From contig JAFVYC010000003.1 in assembly GCA_017500855.1 (NCBI GenBank), positions 70,442-134,441 on the forward strand: a stretch of DNA of 64,000 bases, read 5' to 3'. Below, in pieces: positions 1 to 10,118 of this stretch. The first letter of the stretch is position 1, and each line of letters begins with the position of its first letter. A program made the translations under genes and the position numbers. Under the pieces are notes generated by a model. The model was given only the letters and a program-made list of their open reading frames with translations. It was not told the DNA's origin and ran no database searches. Source of the stretch: Clostridia bacterium (lineage in GTDB: Bacteria; Bacillota; Clostridia; Christensenellales; CAG-314).

Positions 1-493
1 CGGTATTTATGCAAAAAACGTGGCGTTTTTTTTAGACAAGAAGCCCATGCGACCAAGTAATTCCACGGACAAGCGCTCTAGTATTCGCAATATATTCGCT
101 AAACGAATCAGCAAATCTATAATCATCAGCACAATATTGCCATTTCACGTTAGGTGCAAAAGTTCAAAATGGAGCAACTTGCTGATTCTAAATAGTTAAA
201 ATTATGTTCAAAAGCACGCTCAAACGGCAAAACAATTGAATGAAATTGATTGATAATATTTAGATATATTGCCTATCTTGCTTGCAAAATGCACTTATAA
301 ACCGCCGTAATACTCAAAAACAAAGCCCCTTTTTATACATTAAGGGCCTTTAATGCAATGTAAACCCACTTATTATTGAGGTCAAAAGGCGCAAAACATT
401 CATTTATTTCACGTAGTCAAGGCTTCAAACTTGATTCTTAATAATATTACGGTCAACCATAGATATACAAGGTAAATACACAATAAAGCGAAA

Positions 494-546
494 TGTTTCA
501 CGTGAAACAAATTTATAGAAATTTATGAGTTGTTTCACGTGAAACA
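494..546. promoter_or_regulatory. Two copies of the perfect 16-bp palindrome TGTTTCACGTGAAACA (494-509 and 531-546); operator-like pair
   Basis: Both copies read directly from the sequence, centres 37 bp apart, in an AT-rich non-coding stretch. TTTCACGT half-site-like strings also occur near 145 and 408. Confidence 0.5.
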
Positions 547-2223
547 ATTTTTACGTCTAAATAGGAAGATTGCAAACAACGGCGCTTCCCAATGGCGTTT
601 TCGAATAAGTCTAGCATACGAACTCTCGCCAGCACTTCCCAATGTAGATGGTTTAAGGTTGCAATGCGCACAAAGATGGCGCAACGGGTGCAATGAAACC
701 CAACAAAGAAACGCAAATGTTTGAAGTGTTCTGCTGAAATGCCATCGAATAGGAGTTTATATTGTTGTAAAACCATGTTGGCGCAAAAACGACACGCCAA
801 GAAAGGGCAACGTGCCCCAACAAAAAAATATTTTCAATAGTGCAAATTTGGCTTCCGGCAAACGCACGACGTACAATAACTTTCGCTAACTACCCAAAAA
901 TACACTTAAAAATGCTTGTATAAACACATTTTAGCCTCATCCGTTCGAGCATAAATTAAAAATCATATACAAAATAGGAGGGAATGACAAGAAAATTCTC
1001 CTTGAAAGGCCGTTTCAACCAGTTAATGGTGCATCAAAAAAAACGAGAGCAAAATTCAAGGTTAAAAAAATATTTGGTTGCAATGTGTCAAATCGGCAAG
1101 TTTGTTTCAAGCCAAATCATTTGCGTGAAAATGCCCGAACAGCAAATGTACAACATTGAGAAAAACTCAAGCGCTAGAAAAACACAGAAAGAAAGGTCAA
1201 TCAAAAACAGACAAACCAAAGTACAGTCGAATAGGAAGTTCGTGCCGATAGTAGGCAATTAGTTACACGTAGGACTTGCAAAGATAAGAATGAAGTGTAA
1301 TGGTGCAAACCCGTCGAATCATTCAAAACAAACGGCATTCAAAACAACGTGTGACCGAGATACCTTGGAAAACGCACGTCCACTCGTCAAATTAGAAAAG
1401 CATTGCGAAATTGGTGCGAATTGCTCGCAAAATTCCGTTAGAATGCCTTGTTTTGCCTTGGGCAAGCAAAATATGGGAATGTTTTGCGCAACACAAACAA
1501 GGCATAATAGCCCGAAACGGCAAAAAGAAACAGCAAATTGTTGTATACTTGCCAAAAAAATGCAACATCACGGCAAAACGCTCATTTTCCCAAAAATTCC
1601 AATACAAAAGCAGCAAGTTCAACCAAGCGCTTGTTCAAAACATACAATAATATATTATATATTTGTTATACCATACAACAATACAATACTTGCATGGCCA
1701 ATAATAACCAAAACAACAATAATCTAATCAAAAAAAACCGCACAACAGTGATAACCATCCGAGTTGCTGTTCCTAACTCAAATCGGCAAACGTTCAGCTC
1801 ACAACCAACAAACATTTACACAGCACACATCCACGCCGGTTGTTTCAACTCAAGTTGGCATATTCCGTCCGACACCAATAAGCAATCAGGCTCGCACTGC
1901 TTCACGTCAAATTGCAACCAACAGCCAACCCCAAACGTTTCCAACAGCAACCACCTTGCATTCCATATTCCAACGCAAGGCAACCTTGTGCTAGTGCCAA
2001 TTGGTAATCATCTAAAAAAACCTTTAGCCAACAATCCCTCTCGCACACGCTTTTGTACCAATCAGCAACCAACAGGCAAACCGTCACACAGCAGTAGCAA
2101 AAGGCTGTGCCTACGGCGAGAGTATTGCAAAATTGCCCCTGCGATGCCACAAAAAAAATGAAAATCAACTTTTGTCAAATTTCGGCAAAAAAGTTTTCTT
2201 TTCGGCAAATTTTGCAAAGAATG

Positions 2224-2262
2224 TGTGGAAATGTGGACAAAAACGGCATTTTTTGTGGATAA
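2224..2262 (+). promoter_or_regulatory. Cluster of DnaA-box-like 9-mers: TGTGGAAAT (2224-2232), TGTGGACAA (2232-2240), TGTGGATAA (2254-2262)
   Basis: One perfect match to TGTGGATAA (complement of TTATCCACA), one 1-mismatch and one 2-mismatch box, all in the same orientation within 39 bp of non-coding DNA. Confidence 0.4.
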
Positions 2263-2335
2263 ACTGGTGTTTTTCTACAAAAACGCAAATCCAATACTCA
2301 TAGACAAACCCATGCGTTGCATTTTATTATCCTAA

Positions 2336-2505
2336 CCATACAAAAGCGTTTCAAAGTGGCAATTCGATGCGCAATGTTGTAAAGCGGACGAATAATGCCT
2401 TGCATCATATTTTTTGCATATCATCTAAACAACGACACATGAAAACGCTTTGTTACTGAAAAACAAGGCGCCTCGTCGCAAAAATGTACAAGATTTTGTG
2501 CAAAA
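2336..2505 (+). repeat. Copy 1 of a ~170-bp non-coding direct repeat
   Basis: Hand alignment with 3252-3417. The shared core is CCATACAAAAGCGTTTCAAAG...GTAAAGCGGACGAATAATGCCTTGCATCATATTTTTTGCATATCATCTAAACAAC...ACAAGATTTTG, with only scattered substitutions. Confidence 0.8.
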
Positions 2506-3251
2506 TCCGTACACAACGGAGCAATTCGTGCAAATTTCGCTCCTAAAAGGCATCAAACATACCCAAACCGAACACGAAGCAGGCAGCGTGCTTACAATCC
2601 GTACAAATACTACGGCAACCCACAACCCATTGGCATTAACAAACAAAAGGAAGTTTGCACAAAGACCTACGTCAAAAAACAAAAAAGTCCGTTAAATCAA
2701 TATCGTGAGCAACAATACAACGTATAAACCAATAAGTAATATTGTGAAATGCCGAACTCCATACCCCAAAACGACCAAGTTAAAACAAACCAATCCAAAT
2801 TGACACAAAATTCTACTGAAAAGGCATGTCAAATGGTACAAAAAGGGGGAAATCAATTGGTAGATATTAGCAAACTTCTCAAACATCCTAAGCCCAACGT
2901 GCACAAACACAATTCAAGACATTTGCATCTAACCTGCCAACGGCACACACGCTCATGCAAAACCCATTATTCCATTAACTCTGAGCAACACGCAACCCCA
3001 AAATTTCCCAAAACAACCACTACACACCACAAACAAATCCAATCCGTTTGCCCTGCGCCCATAACCGCTGAAAATCCCCTCACAAAACCAAATACTTTTC
3101 ACCACGAAAATAGGTAATTCCCTCAAAAAAAATCAAAAACCTTCTCTTGACATCCAAAAAAATCAAATAAGCAACCCAAGCAAGCCCCCACAACCCACGC
3201 CACACACACCAACACAAAATTACAAACAGTAAGAAACTGCAAAACCTCCAC

Positions 3252-3417
3252 CCATACAAAAGCGTTTCAAAGCGATATTTCAATGCGCAATTTTGTAAAG
3301 CGGACGAATAATGCCTTGCATCATATTTTTTGCATATCATCTAAACAACTACACATAGAAACGCCTTGTTAAAAATACGGCGATCCCATTGCAAAAATTT
3401 ACAAGATTTTGCTCAAG
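3252..3417 (+). repeat. Copy 2 of the ~170-bp non-coding direct repeat, ~190 bp upstream of yyaC
   Basis: Same alignment as 2336-2505; the copies are offset by about 916 bp. Confidence 0.8.
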
Positions 3418-3607
3418 CCCCCTTCCAAAACGGCAACACTTCCACAAAACTTTCGCTTGCCGTTCACATCGCCCACAAACGCACAGCCTACCCCAGTTTG
3501 CCCACGCTCTTCGACAATATTTGCACAACAAATCACCGCAAACGGGCTTTCTAGCCAAAATTTGGGCGCCAAAATGGCAATACTTTGCAAAACCAAAGGA
3601 GGATTTT

Positions 3608-4117
3608 ATGAAAGAAATCAGCATCGGTTGCCCAACGGCAGTGGAGCAACTTGCAAGCCAACTCAAACCCAAACTTGCCAACCCCGTGTTTTTGTGCATT
3701 GGCACAGACAAGGTTTTTGCCGACAGCCTTGGCCCGAAGGTCGGCACGCTACTCAACAACGCCATGCAAACGCCCTTGTTTGTGTACGGCATGCACGGTC
3801 AAAACATCACGGCGCAAAACCTTGACTACGCACACCGGTTTGTCAAGCAACTACATCCAAACAACCAAATTGTGGTGGTGGATGCTGCCGTTGGCGACAA
3901 CTCTCAACTTGGCCACGTGCAAATTAGCAACGGCGGAATTTTCCCCGGGGCGGCAACCAACAAAAACCTACCACGTGTTGGGGATTTGAGCATTATTGGC
4001 ATTGTTGCCGAGAAGGGCATGGCAGATTTCTACACAACCAGCCAACAAAAGAACCAACTTGTTGCCCAAGTTGCGCAGTGCATTGCAGGCGCAATTCTTT
4101 TGGCATTGCAAAACTAG
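3608..4117 (+). CDS. yyaC: Sporulation protein YyaC (putative spore protease family, DUF1256)
   Basis: Motifs FLCIGTDKVFADSLGPKVG and VVDAAVG...PGAATNKNLPRVGDLSIIGIV match B. subtilis YyaC. ATG at 3608 is preceded by AAAGGAGGA. The N-terminal part of the tracked ORF (3389) was discarded. Confidence 0.9.
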   Translation: MKEISIGCPTAVEQLASQLKPKLANPVFLCIGTDKVFADSLGPKVGTLLNNAMQTPLFVYGMHGQNITAQNLDYAHRFVKQLHPNNQIVVVDAAVGDNSQLGHVQISNGGIFPGAATNKNLPRVGDLSIIGIVAEKGMADFYTTSQQKNQLVAQVAQCIAGAILLALQN

Positions 4118-4330
4118 CTTGGGATGCACTTTTTTGCACCCCTGCTTGCCTTTTTTGAAAGGATTTTTGCACACGTGTTGGGGTTTTTGCAAATTGTTTG
4201 TTTGCATTTCATCCAAAAGGCTCATTTGCAACTTTTTGTACCCCCGTTGGCGCTTTTTCCGCAAAAACTACCACAAACAAACGTGCATTTTTGTGCTAAA
4301 AAACAATAATACTAGTATATATACAATAAA

Positions 4331-4359
4331 TTGACACTTTGCCTTGTTTGTGTTACAAT
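4331..4359 (+). promoter_or_regulatory. Sigma-A-type promoter upstream of ftsH
   Basis: TTGACA (4331-4336), 17-nt spacer, TACAAT (4354-4359). Confidence 0.6.
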
Positions 4360-4538
4360 TATTCTGCTAAATGTGCCGTTTGCCTTGCGCATGCGTTTTT
4401 CCACGTCACTTTGCTGTTGCAATTGTGTTTCAGTTGAGCAACGTGTGGTACAATGCGCACCAACAAACGCACAAAACTATTGGCAAAACACCAAATATGC
4501 CCACAGGGCAAAGTGCACAGCACAAAAGGAGACATAAT

Positions 4539-6515
4539 TTGGAAAAAGATAAAAAAAGGAAAATAATATCGTCAATACTGGGCTTTGTTGCCTTTGCGTT
4601 GGTATTCGTTTTGCTTTGGAGTTTTCTAACACCAAAGCCGGAAGAAATTACCGAAGCAGATTTCCGCGAAAACATTGCTTCCTACACCGAAGTCAAGCTG
4701 AACTACTACGTCGTTTCTTGCAAGGACGCCAACAACAAAACGTACACGTTTGTCACAGCCGACAGGGCTTCCCTCAACGAGTACATTTTGGGCGCAATTG
4801 CCGACGATAGCGCCCCATCGCTAGACTACACGTCCACCAACCCCAACCAAGTGCGTTGGACGGACTACATCGAGCCGTTGCTTTTGGTTGCAGGCCTTGT
4901 GTTCCTTGTGTTCTTTATGTTCCGCATGATCGCCAGCCAAAACAACCAAAACATGGATTTTGGCCGTTCCCGTGCAAGGGCAGTGCAAAACATGAAGGTT
5001 CGCTTTACCGACGTTGCCGGCGCAGAAGAAGAAAAGGAAGAACTCAAAGAAATTGTAGACTTTTTGAAAGATCCCAAAAAGTACCACGAAATGGGCGCTC
5101 GTGTGCCAAAGGGCGTGTTGCTTGTTGGCCCTCCGGGAACAGGCAAAACGTTGTTTGCCAAAGCCGTTGCAGGCGAAGCAGGCGTGCCTTTCTTCTCCAT
5201 GAGTGGTAGCGACTTTGTGGAAATGTTTGTTGGTGTGGGCGCAAGCCGTGTTAGAGATTTGTTCGAACAAGCCAAAAAGAACATGCCTTGCATCATTTTC
5301 ATCGACGAAATTGACGCCGTTGGTCGCAAACGTGGCGCAGGCCTTGGTGGCGGTCACGACGAACGTGAGCAAACCCTAAACCAAATTCTTGTGGAAATGG
5401 ACGGTTTCGAAACCAACTCTTCCATCATCATTATGGCAGCAACCAACCGTGCGGACATTTTGGACCCAGCGTTGCTTCGCCCGGGCCGTTTCGACAGGCA
5501 AGTTTACGTAAACTACCCCGACGTTCGTGGACGTGAAGCAATTTTGAAAGTTCACGCACGCAAAAAGCCAATTGGCCCCGACGTTAACTTCCGCACCGTT
5601 GCCCGCATCACAGCAGGCTTTACCGGCGCAGATTTGGAAAACCTTTTGAATGAAGCGGCAATTCTTGCAGTAAGGGCCGGCCACAAGGTTATCACCATGG
5701 CAGACGTAAACGAGGGCATCAACAAAATTGTTATGGGCCCTGCAAAAAAATCTCGCTTGGTTACCGAGCCGGACAAGCGCATCACTGCCTACCACGAAGC
5801 AGGCCACGCAATTTTGGCTGCAAGCTTGAAGTACTGCGACCCCGTTCACGAAGTAACAATCATCCCACGTGGTTGGGCTTCCGGCTACACAATGACACGT
5901 CCGGAAAGCGACAACCAACACGTTTCCAAGCAAGAACTGTTGGATGACATCACAATGACGCTTGGTGGCCGTGTTGCCGAAGAATTGGTAATCAAAAACT
6001 TCTGCACGGGCGCAAGCCAAGATATCAAGCAAATCACCAAAACCGCACGCCAAATGGTTGCCGAATGGGGCATGAGCGAGCGCCTTGGCCCACTGTTCTA
6101 CGGTAGCGAAGGCGAAGTTTTTGTGGGCAACACCTACGGCCAAGAAAAGGGCTACAGCGAGGAAGTTGCCGCCATCATCGACGAAGAAGTGCGTGCAATT
6201 GTGGACGACTGCCACAAGCGCGCAACGCAAATCCTCACGGAAAAATTGGACGTTCTTCACGCAATGGCACGTGTGCTTTGGGAAAAGGAAACCATCCACA
6301 CCGAGGAAGTTGCAATGCTTATGGAAGGCAAAACTGCCGACGAAGTTATTGCGCACATGCAAGCAATGGAAGATGCGGAAAAAGCGCTTCACGCATCCAC
6401 ACCCGACGCAACGGAAAAAGCCCGTGCGTTTGCCAACGGCACAGCCAAGGGCGAAGCACCTGCGGAAACACCCGATGCCGAAAGCACCGACAGCACCCCC
6501 AAAACCGAAGAGTAG
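4539..6515 (+). CDS. ftsH: ATP-dependent zinc metalloprotease FtsH
   Basis: N-terminal TM segment, Walker A GPPGTGKT, Walker [12 protein letters not shown] region and HEAGH zinc site. The start is probably TTG 4539, 7 nt after AAAGGAGA; ATG 4497 is the alternative. The ORF-track start 4371 is unlikely. Confidence 0.95.
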   Translation: MEKDKKRKIISSILGFVAFALVFVLLWSFLTPKPEEITEADFRENIASYTEVKLNYYVVSCKDANNKTYTFVTADRASLNEYILGAIADDSAPSLDYTSTNPNQVRWTDYIEPLLLVAGLVFLVFFMFRMIASQNNQNMDFGRSRARAVQNMKVRFTDVAGAEEEKEELKEIVDFLKDPKKYHEMGARVPKGVLLVGPPGTGKTLFAKAVAGEAGVPFFSMSGSDFVEMFVGVGASRVRDLFEQAKKNMPCIIFIDEIDAVGRKRGAGLGGGHDEREQTLNQILVEMDGFETNSSIIIMAATNRADILDPALLRPGRFDRQVYVNYPDVRGREAILKVHARKKPIGPDVNFRTVARITAGFTGADLENLLNEAAILAVRAGHKVITMADVNEGINKIVMGPAKKSRLVTEPDKRITAYHEAGHAILAASLKYCDPVHEVTIIPRGWASGYTMTRPESDNQHVSKQELLDDITMTLGGRVAEELVIKNFCTGASQDIKQITKTARQMVAEWGMSERLGPLFYGSEGEVFVGNTYGQEKGYSEEVAAIIDEEVRAIVDDCHKRATQILTEKLDVLHAMARVLWEKETIHTEEVAMLMEGKTADEVIAHMQAMEDAEKALHASTPDATEKARAFANGTAKGEAPAETPDAESTDSTPKTEE

Positions 6516-6541
6516 GGGCCGTGGAGTATAAACTGCAAAAA

Positions 6542-6575
6542 AGAAGGACTGTTTGTCAGTCCTTCTTTCTTTTTA
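6542..6575 (+). terminator. Intrinsic terminator of ftsH
   Basis: AGAAGGACTG / CAGTCCTTCT stem followed by a T-run. Confidence 0.75.
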
Positions 6576-6643
6576 ATACACGTGGTGGGGAGTTTACTAT
6601 TTTATCCTGATCAAGTCTCCAAGGATTTCATCAGTGAGAGTGG

Positions 6644-7319
6644 CTATTTCCGCAGCGCTTGCCTCCTAAACGTTTCGCAAAAAGCCAATTCCTCGGCCAA
6701 TGCTTTTTCGTAAGCGTCATCGGCTGTAATAGCTGAAGGTAGATGTTGACAAACTAGCAAACCTACTCTATCTGCAGTATATTCTGCACTCCTTACCCAA
6801 CTATAGCTTGCAATATCCAATCCAGTTGTTGCTAGTTATGCAAGAATGCTAGCATCGGTTATTTTCTTGATGACTGTATTGTAGAAATTTGCAAGCATTT
6901 TATATTACACGTGCTCACTCTTAATATGTCCTAACTCGTGACCAATAATATACATCAATTCTTCATGATTAAGAGAATGCAACAATCCACTGTACTAATA
7001 TAGGGTTTTGTATTCCAGTAGTGAAGGCATTCATAGATTCATCTAAACCTATATATACTTCTGGAAGCTTCACGATGCCCAAAATTTTACATGCTTTTTC
7101 TACACAATCAATCAAGTACGGCATGTTTTCTTTGGTTACCAAAAATGAAGAAGATTTGCTCCACAATAATGTTATTCTTTCGTAACTATATTCAACCATC
7201 TTCTTCACGACAGTATCGAAAGCCTTGTTTAACTTCAATGCCGAGAGTGTAGCGGAGTCGGTTGGATTTTCGTATTCTTTAGCATTCAATCCAATCAATG
7301 GTTTACCTTCAACACGCAC
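6644..7319 (-). pseudogene. Disrupted M48-family (HtpX/Ste24-like) zinc metallopeptidase
   Basis: The 116-aa ORF ends ...MNAFTTGIQNPILV. The HEXXH segment NHEELMYIIGHELGHIKSEHV continues in another frame. Two in-frame stops follow, then the conserved ...AEYTADRVGLLV region. That makes at least one frameshift and two stops. Confidence 0.7.
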
Positions 7320-7379
7320 ATCTTTAGAAATAAAATAACTCTAATTCACATTTCTCCTTTATAATTATAGCACGTTTAT

Positions 7380-8693
7380 TTACATTGGTGGAACTGGTGG
7401 TGCAAACAAGCCTTTCAACTCATCAACAGCGTCTGCTCGTGCCCAGTTTGGCATGCCGGCTTTCCACACCAAGGAATCTCTTTTGAGTGTGCCCGATGCA
7501 ATCATGCTTGTGAGCGTGGAAATGTCAAACGGGCCTGTAGATGCTCCATCTTTTGCAACGTTAAACATCACCTTTGGAATGGGTGGTGGTGCTTCAGCCG
7601 GAGTAGTAATTCCCGACATTGTCCCGCTTACAATTGATGCCATGCTTCGTCCAACAGCACCACCAACAGCCATGCTTGCCATCATTGCAGCAGGGTTAAA
7701 TCCTACCCCTCCTCCAAGACTTACCGAGCCTGCGCCCTTTTCGCCCATCTTGCCAAGAGCATCTGCGCCCGCCACACCAACTTCGGCTTGTTTTTCAATT
7801 TGGTATGCACCAATGTTGGCTGTTCTTGTGCCCATGTGCATTGCGTATTGCCCTTCTTCTCGTTGAATGCGCAAAGACTCGCCGTAGTTTTCAATATTTA
7901 TACCTGTTTGCGCTTTGATTGTTGTTGCGGTTACTTCCTTTGTGATGGCAACAAGGTCATGGTAGTCACTGCTAGACTTGTCAATTTCTATTGAAGAAAT
8001 ATCTACGCCAGTAACGACTACTCCAAAGGTTTCTTTGAATCTCGTTTTCAAAGAGATTTCCGCTTCTTCACTAACTCTTGATGTTTTGGATTCTATTTGA
8101 ACAATAGGGAATCCATGAGTAACCGACGCTGTAGATACAGCCTCTTTAACATAGCGACATGTAGCATCCTTAATTTGTGCTTGAAAAGTTTCAAAATCAA
8201 AGCTGTCAAGCCTATGGCACTTTATAAACTCTTTGTAATCTTCAATTTTGAAAGTTATAGTTCCCCTGACAGCTACTTGAATAGCGAAGTCTGGAAAACG
8301 AGGATCGCACACGTCAAAGAATGGAATAACAAAGCTTGTCTGCAATACGTGCGCCAAATTGATGAAGTAAATCTCCGCTTGGAAAGGAGTGTCACCACCC
8401 AGAAAGGCACCCATAATACTTGTTAAGATTGGCAAGTTGGCAGTTTTAAGTTTTTGGTCAAACGGACCAACAATAAAGTCTTGCATTGCGCCGCTTTTTT
8501 GTTTATACACGAACACTGCAACCTCGCCATCTTTAACTCTCACAGGAGAACCATTGCGAATGGCATATTCTCTTTTGTGTTCTCCTAGTTTTGTTCCGTC
8601 GGGATGCCATTTCCAAATCAAATAATCAAATTCGTCACAACGAATAACGTCGGCAATCAAACCAACTTTTTTGTCTTTTTTGAACAGCCCCAT
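7380..8693 (-). CDS. SPFH/band-7 domain protein of the YdjI type with a Gly/Ala-rich linker and a C-terminal GYF_2-like domain
   Basis: N-terminus MGLFKK...VIRCDEFDYLIWKWHP...GSPVRVKDGEVAVFVY is typical of YdjI/COG4260 proteins. The C-terminus GPFDISTLTSMIASGTLKRDSLVWKAGMPNWARADAVDELKGLF fits the GYF_2 pattern. ATG 8693 is preceded by GGAGA. Confidence 0.8.
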   Translation of the reverse strand: MGLFKKDKKVGLIADVIRCDEFDYLIWKWHPDGTKLGEHKREYAIRNGSPVRVKDGEVAVFVYKQKSGAMQDFIVGPFDQKLKTANLPILTSIMGAFLGGDTPFQAEIYFINLAHVLQTSFVIPFFDVCDPRFPDFAIQVAVRGTITFKIEDYKEFIKCHRLDSFDFETFQAQIKDATCRYVKEAVSTASVTHGFPIVQIESKTSRVSEEAEISLKTRFKETFGVVVTGVDISSIEIDKSSSDYHDLVAITKEVTATTIKAQTGINIENYGESLRIQREEGQYAMHMGTRTANIGAYQIEKQAEVGVAGADALGKMGEKGAGSVSLGGGVGFNPAAMMASMAVGGAVGRSMASIVSGTMSGITTPAEAPPPIPKVMFNVAKDGASTGPFDISTLTSMIASGTLKRDSLVWKAGMPNWARADAVDELKGLFAPPVPPM

Positions 8694-8710
8694 ATTTTTC
8701 TCCTTTATTT

Positions 8711-9421
8711 TTATTTCTTTACGCAAGCATAGATGATTGCGGGAATTCCTATTGTGTAAATATTAAGAACAATCCAAAATACTTTTGCTACGGGACTCCA
8801 CGTTGAAAATCCTCTTTTTTTAGCCTTACTACTTTCTGGAGTAACTGTCGTCGTACTGCTAACAGCAATTTGACGTTTCCTTTGATCTTCTGCTTCCTTG
8901 GCTTTCGATATACGATATTTTACCTTCAGATAATCCATCTCAATCTTGTCAAGTTCCATTCCCTTCAGAATAAGTTTGGCTTTCTGGTAACATTGTTCCA
9001 TTTTTGTTAGCCAAGCATCAGAAATATCTTCCTTATCTAAGTTTTTAACATACTGTTGGATGTCAAAATTCGAGTACGCCAAGTAGAAAAATTCAAATAT
9101 ATCTTCCTTGTTATTTGGAATTGGGAAAGTTCTTAATATGAAGATTCTTTTATCTTCCGTATCGGCTCTCACCATTCTTTCAGATAACTCCGCTAGAGAA
9201 CTTGAACCTTTTAATCCCCTCAGTTCTACACCACACGCAGGACAAACCGATGCAAAAGATTTCAAAACTTCCCCGCAATGCGGACATTTGTGTATTTCTC
9301 CATCAAACGTCGTTGTTCTTTGACTTGACTTCGTGGATTCTGCACCAACTTTTGTTCCACATCCGGCACAGAAGTTAGCTTCATCTGGCAATTGCTTGCC
9401 ACAATGCAAACAGTACTTCAT
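8711..9421 (-). CDS. Double zinc-ribbon protein with C-terminal TM anchor (YdjG-like)
   Basis: CxxC pairs at CLHCG...CAGCG and CPHCG...CPACG; C-terminal hydrophobic helix VFWIVLNIYTIGIPAIIYA. It sits immediately upstream of the SPFH gene, in the same order as B. subtilis ydjG..ydjI. ATG 9421 is preceded by AGGGGGAAG. Confidence 0.75.
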   Translation of the reverse strand: MKYCLHCGKQLPDEANFCAGCGTKVGAESTKSSQRTTTFDGEIHKCPHCGEVLKSFASVCPACGVELRGLKGSSSLAELSERMVRADTEDKRIFILRTFPIPNNKEDIFEFFYLAYSNFDIQQYVKNLDKEDISDAWLTKMEQCYQKAKLILKGMELDKIEMDYLKVKYRISKAKEAEDQRKRQIAVSSTTTVTPESSKAKKRGFSTWSPVAKVFWIVLNIYTIGIPAIIYACVKK

Positions 9422-9650
9422 GTTTTTTCTTCCCCCTAGAAATAAAAAATGCGACAACCGAAGTTGTCGCATAAAAACGCAAACCCCGATAGTCGCCAAA
9501 CTAATCCTTGCAAAATTGGTAAAACCAACACTTCAGAGAGGGAATTTGCATTTTGTCAAATTCATACTCCAAAGTGTACGCCAAAAAAGGGTAAAAAACT
9601 CCCCTAAAAAGAAAGTTCTACCTAATTTTGCAATATCAAGTTAGTTTGGC
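9422..9650 (-). promoter_or_regulatory. ~230-nt structured 5' leader of the zinc-ribbon/SPFH operon (riboswitch/attenuator candidate, class unknown)
   Basis: On the minus strand, GCCAAACUAA (9650-9641) pairs perfectly with UUAGUUUGGC (9504-9495), and UUGCAAAAUU pairs with AAUUUUGCAA. Together they close a ~150-nt domain. An intrinsic terminator (GCGACAAC-UUCG-GUUGUCGC + U-run, 9448-9475) follows just before the RBS. Confidence 0.5.
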
Positions 9651-9656
9651 TCTTCT

Positions 9657-9685
9657 ATTATGCTACAAAAAGAGCAGTTTGTCAA
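9657..9685 (-). promoter_or_regulatory. Sigma-A-type promoter for the leader/zinc-ribbon/SPFH transcript
   Basis: The minus strand reads TTGACA, 17 nt, CATAAT. The predicted start falls on the first G of the P1 helix at about 9650. Confidence 0.5.
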
Positions 9686-9732
9686 TACTTTCCAAGATAT
9701 TTAAGAAATAACTAAGATTGGAGGTAAAACTT

Positions 9733-9966
9733 ATGGACGATTTTAAGTGTTGGACTTGCGGCAGACCAACAGAATATGATGGAGAAGGATACTGGAAATG
9801 TTCGCATTGCAACGAATCCTTTTACGAGGGATATGACGAAGATGGCAATCCCGAGGGTGGAGATGTATTAAGTGTTTATGACGCGGCTTTAATATGGGTT
9901 TCACACGGTAGGGACGAAGATTACATGTTTGGCTATACCGAAGAAGAGCTTGAAGATGCTCTTTAA
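9733..9966 (+). CDS. Small zinc-ribbon protein with acidic C-terminal half (hypothetical)
   Basis: MDDFKCWTCG...CSHCN motif; GGAGG lies 8 nt upstream of ATG 9733; a terminator follows. Confidence 0.6.
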   Translation: MDDFKCWTCGRPTEYDGEGYWKCSHCNESFYEGYDEDGNPEGGDVLSVYDAALIWVSHGRDEDYMFGYTEEELEDAL

Positions 9967-9989
9967 TGGTAAAAACTTCAAACAAACCA

Positions 9990-10014
9990 GGAGAGCCGTG
10001 GCTCTCCTTTTTTA
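9990..10014 (+). terminator. Intrinsic terminator
   Basis: GGAGAGC / GCTCTCC stem followed by TTTTTT. Confidence 0.75.
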
Positions 10015-10084
10015 TACCCACTGTGTGGCCTAGTATTAGCCTGTTGTTAGTGTGTATTGAATATTTTTTTGTCTGTAAATCTCT

Positions 10085-10112
10085 TGACATTATAGGTATT
10101 TGCTGTATAATA
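10085..10112 (+). promoter_or_regulatory. Sigma-A-type promoter
   Basis: TTGACA (10085-10090), 16-nt spacer, TATAAT (10107-10112). Confidence 0.6.
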
Positions 10113-10118
10113 TATATA

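Noticed and set aside
984-3340. ORFs in the 1-3.6 kb region (984-1262, 1290-1727, 1538-2161, 2749-3117, 3080-3340 and others) as possible genes.
   Set aside because: The translations are compositionally bizarre (Q/K/N/T/P/H-rich or F/L/C-rich) and mutually overlapping, with no recognisable domain. The only SD-like string (AGGAGGG at 976-982) sits just 1 nt from its ATG. I treat the region as non-coding or decayed.
4371-4538. N-terminal extensions of tracked ORFs: ftsH from 4371, deoD from 10871, RHS from 28634, uvrC from 21962, dnaA from 50340, ychF from 36952, DUF3737 from 51320, gerA subunit from 47313.
   Set aside because: The extensions lack SD sequences, overlap upstream genes or terminators, and are not part of the conserved protein families. 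Internal starts with good SDs match family N-termini.
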